In this document: positions 13,311-16,009 of the stretch, piece by piece
How the letters are laid out: the number at the start of each line of letters is the position of its first letter
Position numbering within the stretch: position 1 is the first letter of the stretch
Origin: Pseudothermotoga sp.
GTDB taxonomy: Bacteria; Thermotogota; Thermotogae; Thermotogales; DSM-5069
DNA: 16,009 bases
Assembly (NCBI GenBank): GCA_041640575.1
Contig: JBEPZZ010000037.1
Span: forward strand, 1 to 16,009
Direction: 5' to 3'
Notes under the pieces: generated by a model
Database searches by the model: none
The model's input: the letters and a program-made list of their open reading frames with translations, nothing else
What the model was told of the DNA's origin: nothing
Program-made: the position numbers and the translations under genes

Positions 13311-15461
13311 TTACAAATTGTTAAGCCGACTTTGAGAAGCAATAGAATTGAGTATAACCGTGACTGAACTCATTATCATTGCTAATTCGGCAATCAGCGG
13401 ATGAAGTAAACCCATCATTGCAGCAGGTATGGCCATAACGTTATAAACGAAAGCCCAAAGTAAGTTATATTTAATCGTTGAAAATACCTTTCTTGAAATC
13501 TTTAAGATCGTGCTTACGTTCTGCAAACCTCCATGTATAATGACAGCATCAGCACTAGTTAATGCAAGGTCTGTAGCTGATGCGACGGCTATTCCAACAT
13601 CAGCCCCTTTTATTGAAGCTGCATCGTTTATTCCATCTCCTACCATGGCTACTTTTCCATGCCTTGCTTGGTAGTTTCTTACGATAGAAAGTTTTTCATC
13701 GGGTTTGACTTCCGAGTAATACTCATCAATTCCCAATTCTTTTGAAACGTATTCAACGTTTTTGTGGTTATCTCCACTTATTAAAACTGTTTTTACACCA
13801 AATTTTTTCAGTTCATTTATAGCAATTCTTGCATCAGACCTTAACACGTCTTTCAACCTGATTACACCAACCCTTTGACCATCCTTACGAACTTCAACTA
13901 TGATTTCAACCTGATCGTTAAAGTACTTTGAGCCATCCTTAGGTTTACCTATTGAATAAATCCGACCATTTACAATTCCTTGAACACCTTCTCCAGGTGT
14001 TTCAATAAAATCTGCAACTTCAACATACTTCTCAGTTAAAGTCGATATAGCTTTTGCCAAAGGATGATTGGAGAACCTTTCTATCGATGCAACGGCCACT
14101 ATATCTTCTGGTGTAAGATCGTGATGAACCACAGCTAATTTTCCCTCGGTTAATGTACCTGTCTTGTCAAAGAGAACTACCTTGATATCTTTACTGGTTT
14201 GTATAACTTCGGCATTTCTTATCAATATGCCTTTTTTTGCCGCAACAGTTGTTCCTATCATCAAGGCCATTGGGGTTGCGAGGCCAAGTGCACACGGACA
14301 TGCAATGACAACGGTCGAAATTGCTGCAAAGATAGCAAAATTTGTTGCACCATAACTGGTTCGCAACCACGGAACTGCTGCTGCCAAGCTTTCTATATAG
14401 GGTTTTAAAGGTTGATAACTTATAATCCAAAAAGCAAATGTAAAAGCCGAAAGGAAAAGTATAAAAGGAACAAATTTGGCTGTTATTCTATCGACGAGCG
14501 CTTGAATTGGTATTTTGGATCCCTGAGCGAATTGAACTAGTTCCAACATTTGTTCAAGAAAAGAATCTTTACCAACTTTTGTTGTTTTTATCTTAAGGAT
14601 CCCAGATAGATTCATTGTACCTCCGACGACTTCTTGGTTTTCGGTTTTCAAGACCGGTATCGATTCTCCACTCACAAGAGATTGATCAACCCAGGATTGA
14701 CCCTCTAGAACTATACCATCGACGGGAATAACATCGCCAGGCTTTACCAAAACAACTGAACCTTCTTTTACGGCTTCTACAGGCATAATTAATTCCTTGC
14801 CTTCATGAAGAACAACAACTTCTTTAACCTTGAGTCTGAGGAGTGATTCAATTTGTTTTGAGGCCTTATCTCTCAAATAAGATTCTATGAATCTTCCAGT
14901 TAAATGAAAGGTCATTATCATTGCTCCAATTGCCGCAAAAGATTCAATTTCGAAACCAAATAATTTCAGAATGCCAGTTAGCCATGCGGAAGCCGAACCA
15001 AAGACAATTAGACAGTCCATGTTCATATGCTTGTGACGCATCGCGATGATTGAGCTTTTGAAGGTTTTTCTACCTATTAAGAAAATAATTATTGCTGAAA
15101 TGAGCAGTTCTAATACTGAGAAATAATGAGATTCTTGGAAAACCATATGTTGAATCATCAGAACGATTAATGGAATGGTTAGGAGCCAACTAAGTACAAG
15201 GTTGTTTCTAGCCTGCTGGTATCTTTTTGCTTCGATGTTCTTGCCAAAATCTAAGGATGCTTCATATCCAACTTTTTCAACAGTGGATCTAATCACTTCG
15301 AATGGAATCTCTTCTTTAGCAACGATGAAGGCTGTGGAGGTGGAAAGATTTACTGAAGCAAACTCTACTTGTGGAATTTGTTTCAAAGCTTTTTCGACGA
15401 TATTTGCGCAATTGGTGCAGGTCATTCCAAGAACTTTAAAACTCAGTTTGGTTTTTTCCAT
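13311..15461 (-). CDS. copA: Cu(I)-type heavy-metal P1B-1 ATPase (CopA)
   Basis: HMA domain GMTCTNC, ACPCALGLATP, DKTGTLT, HP, GDGINDA, YN and MxxSS transmembrane ligands. Start ATG 15461 after GGGTGG (the ORF track starts at 15470). Confidence 0.93.
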   Translation of the reverse strand: MEKTKLSFKVLGMTCTNCANIVEKALKQIPQVEFASVNLSTSTAFIVAKEEIPFEVIRSTVEKVGYEASLDFGKNIEAKRYQQARNNLVLSWLLTIPLIVLMIQHMVFQESHYFSVLELLISAIIIFLIGRKTFKSSIIAMRHKHMNMDCLIVFGSASAWLTGILKLFGFEIESFAAIGAMIMTFHLTGRFIESYLRDKASKQIESLLRLKVKEVVVLHEGKELIMPVEAVKEGSVVLVKPGDVIPVDGIVLEGQSWVDQSLVSGESIPVLKTENQEVVGGTMNLSGILKIKTTKVGKDSFLEQMLELVQFAQGSKIPIQALVDRITAKFVPFILFLSAFTFAFWIISYQPLKPYIESLAAAVPWLRTSYGATNFAIFAAISTVVIACPCALGLATPMALMIGTTVAAKKGILIRNAEVIQTSKDIKVVLFDKTGTLTEGKLAVVHHDLTPEDIVAVASIERFSNHPLAKAISTLTEKYVEVADFIETPGEGVQGIVNGRIYSIGKPKDGSKYFNDQVEIIVEVRKDGQRVGVIRLKDVLRSDARIAINELKKFGVKTVLISGDNHKNVEYVSKELGIDEYYSEVKPDEKLSIVRNYQARHGKVAMVGDGINDAASIKGADVGIAVASATDLALTSADAVIIHGGLQNVSTILKISRKVFSTIKYNLLWAFVYNVMAIPAAMMGLLHPLIAELAMIMSSVTVILNSIASQSRLNNL

Positions 15462-15660
15462 TATGACCACCCAATATGATCATAAAGCAAGATGAATAAA
15501 ATTCAGACAAATTTACTTAGATTTTTGGGTATGTGTAAAGTAGTGGTAAAGTTATCACAGTATTTCGATCGGACCAAGCGGACAAATTCTTTGTTATGTT
15601 AACTTCTTTAAGCTCTCGTAACTCAAATGTAACAGTAAACAGCGATAGAACCAGCGGAAG

Positions 15661-15743
15661 TTTCTGATAAAATTTTTTTACGGAATAACATTTGATAACT
15701 TTTAGAAAAAAATATTATTTGAAGTTCAGACTTTTATCAGAAA
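15661..15743. repeat. Perfect 12 bp inverted repeat TTTCTGATAAAA / TTTTATCAGAAA
   Basis: Arms at 15661-15672 and 15732-15743, 59 bp apart; the right arm touches the AAGGAG SD of the downstream gene. Confidence 0.75.
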
Positions 15744-15756
15744 GGAGTGCTTTCAG

Positions 15757-16009
15757 TTGCCTAAGAAAAGAGTCTTTGTAACAGCTCTTTCCTTTTCAAA
15801 GTATTGCAAAGAACCGAAGGAATATTTGGAAAAGCATGATGTGGAGTTAATTTGGAACCCACTTGGTAGACCACTGAAAGAACACGAATTAATCATGGAA
15901 ATTGAAAAGGTTTCTCCTTTACATGGCATGATTGTTGGAGTTGACCCAATAACCGAAAAGGTTATGGAAACTGCTAGAGATCTTATGATAATTGCAAAGC
16001 ATAGATCGG
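15757..16009 (+). CDS. N-terminal part of a D-2-hydroxyacid (phosphoglycerate dehydrogenase-like) dehydrogenase; runs off the right edge
   Basis: Not in the ORF track; translated by hand from TTG 15757 after AAGGAG: MPKKRVFVTALSFSKYCKEPKEYLEKHDVELIWNPLGRPLKEHELIMEIEKVSPLHGMIVGVDPITEKVMETARDLMIIAKH. NPLGRPL..EL and IVGVDPIT..V..A..L.IIAKH match the family's substrate-binding domain. Confidence 0.8.
   Translation, partial: MPKKRVFVTALSFSKYCKEPKEYLEKHDVELIWNPLGRPLKEHELIMEIEKVSPLHGMIVGVDPITEKVMETARDLMIIAKHRS

Noticed and set aside
13204..15486. TGATCATAAA present upstream of both rpmE (13204-13213) and copA (15477-15486) as a shared metal-responsive site
   Set aside because: Repeated AT-rich 10-mers are expected by chance in 16 kb, and I recognise no Zur, CsoR or CopY consensus in it.
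1..16009. CRISPR array, tRNA/rRNA, transposase or prophage
   Set aside because: No periodic repeat-spacer pattern, intergenic gaps are short and AT-rich, and no ORF has integrase, transposase or phage features.

Overview
Bacterial chromosomal segment, AT-rich (roughly 38% GC by eye). It most resembles Thermotogota (Pseudothermotoga-like), an inference from a BamA/Omp85 gene sitting next to a Firmicutes-type yloC-remA-gmk-rpoZ-coaBC operon. Left end, minus strand: a partial membrane protein (probably AI-2E family) and an Mrp/ApbC ATPase. These diverge, via two interlocked extended -10 promoters, from a tightly coupled nine-gene + strand run: a PTPS/QueD-family enzyme with the hybrid CExxHGH motif, folE2, thyX, a five-gene signalling-like module (DRTGG, CBS-pair + RsbT-like kinase, DRTGG, PHP phosphoesterase, orphan HATPase_c) and bamA. 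Next come yloC-remA-gmk-rpoZ-coaBC and a secreted LysM/L,D-transpeptidase. On the minus strand follow an S1 RNA-binding protein, rpmE and a CopA-type ATPase, and the window ends in the start of a D-2-hydroxyacid dehydrogenase. The best candidate for an uncharacterised system is the DRTGG/CBS-kinase/PHP/HATPase module, found here without the [FeFe]-hydrogenase genes it usually accompanies. No rRNA, tRNA, CRISPR array or transposase was seen. The last 7 bases match the start of an Illumina adapter.
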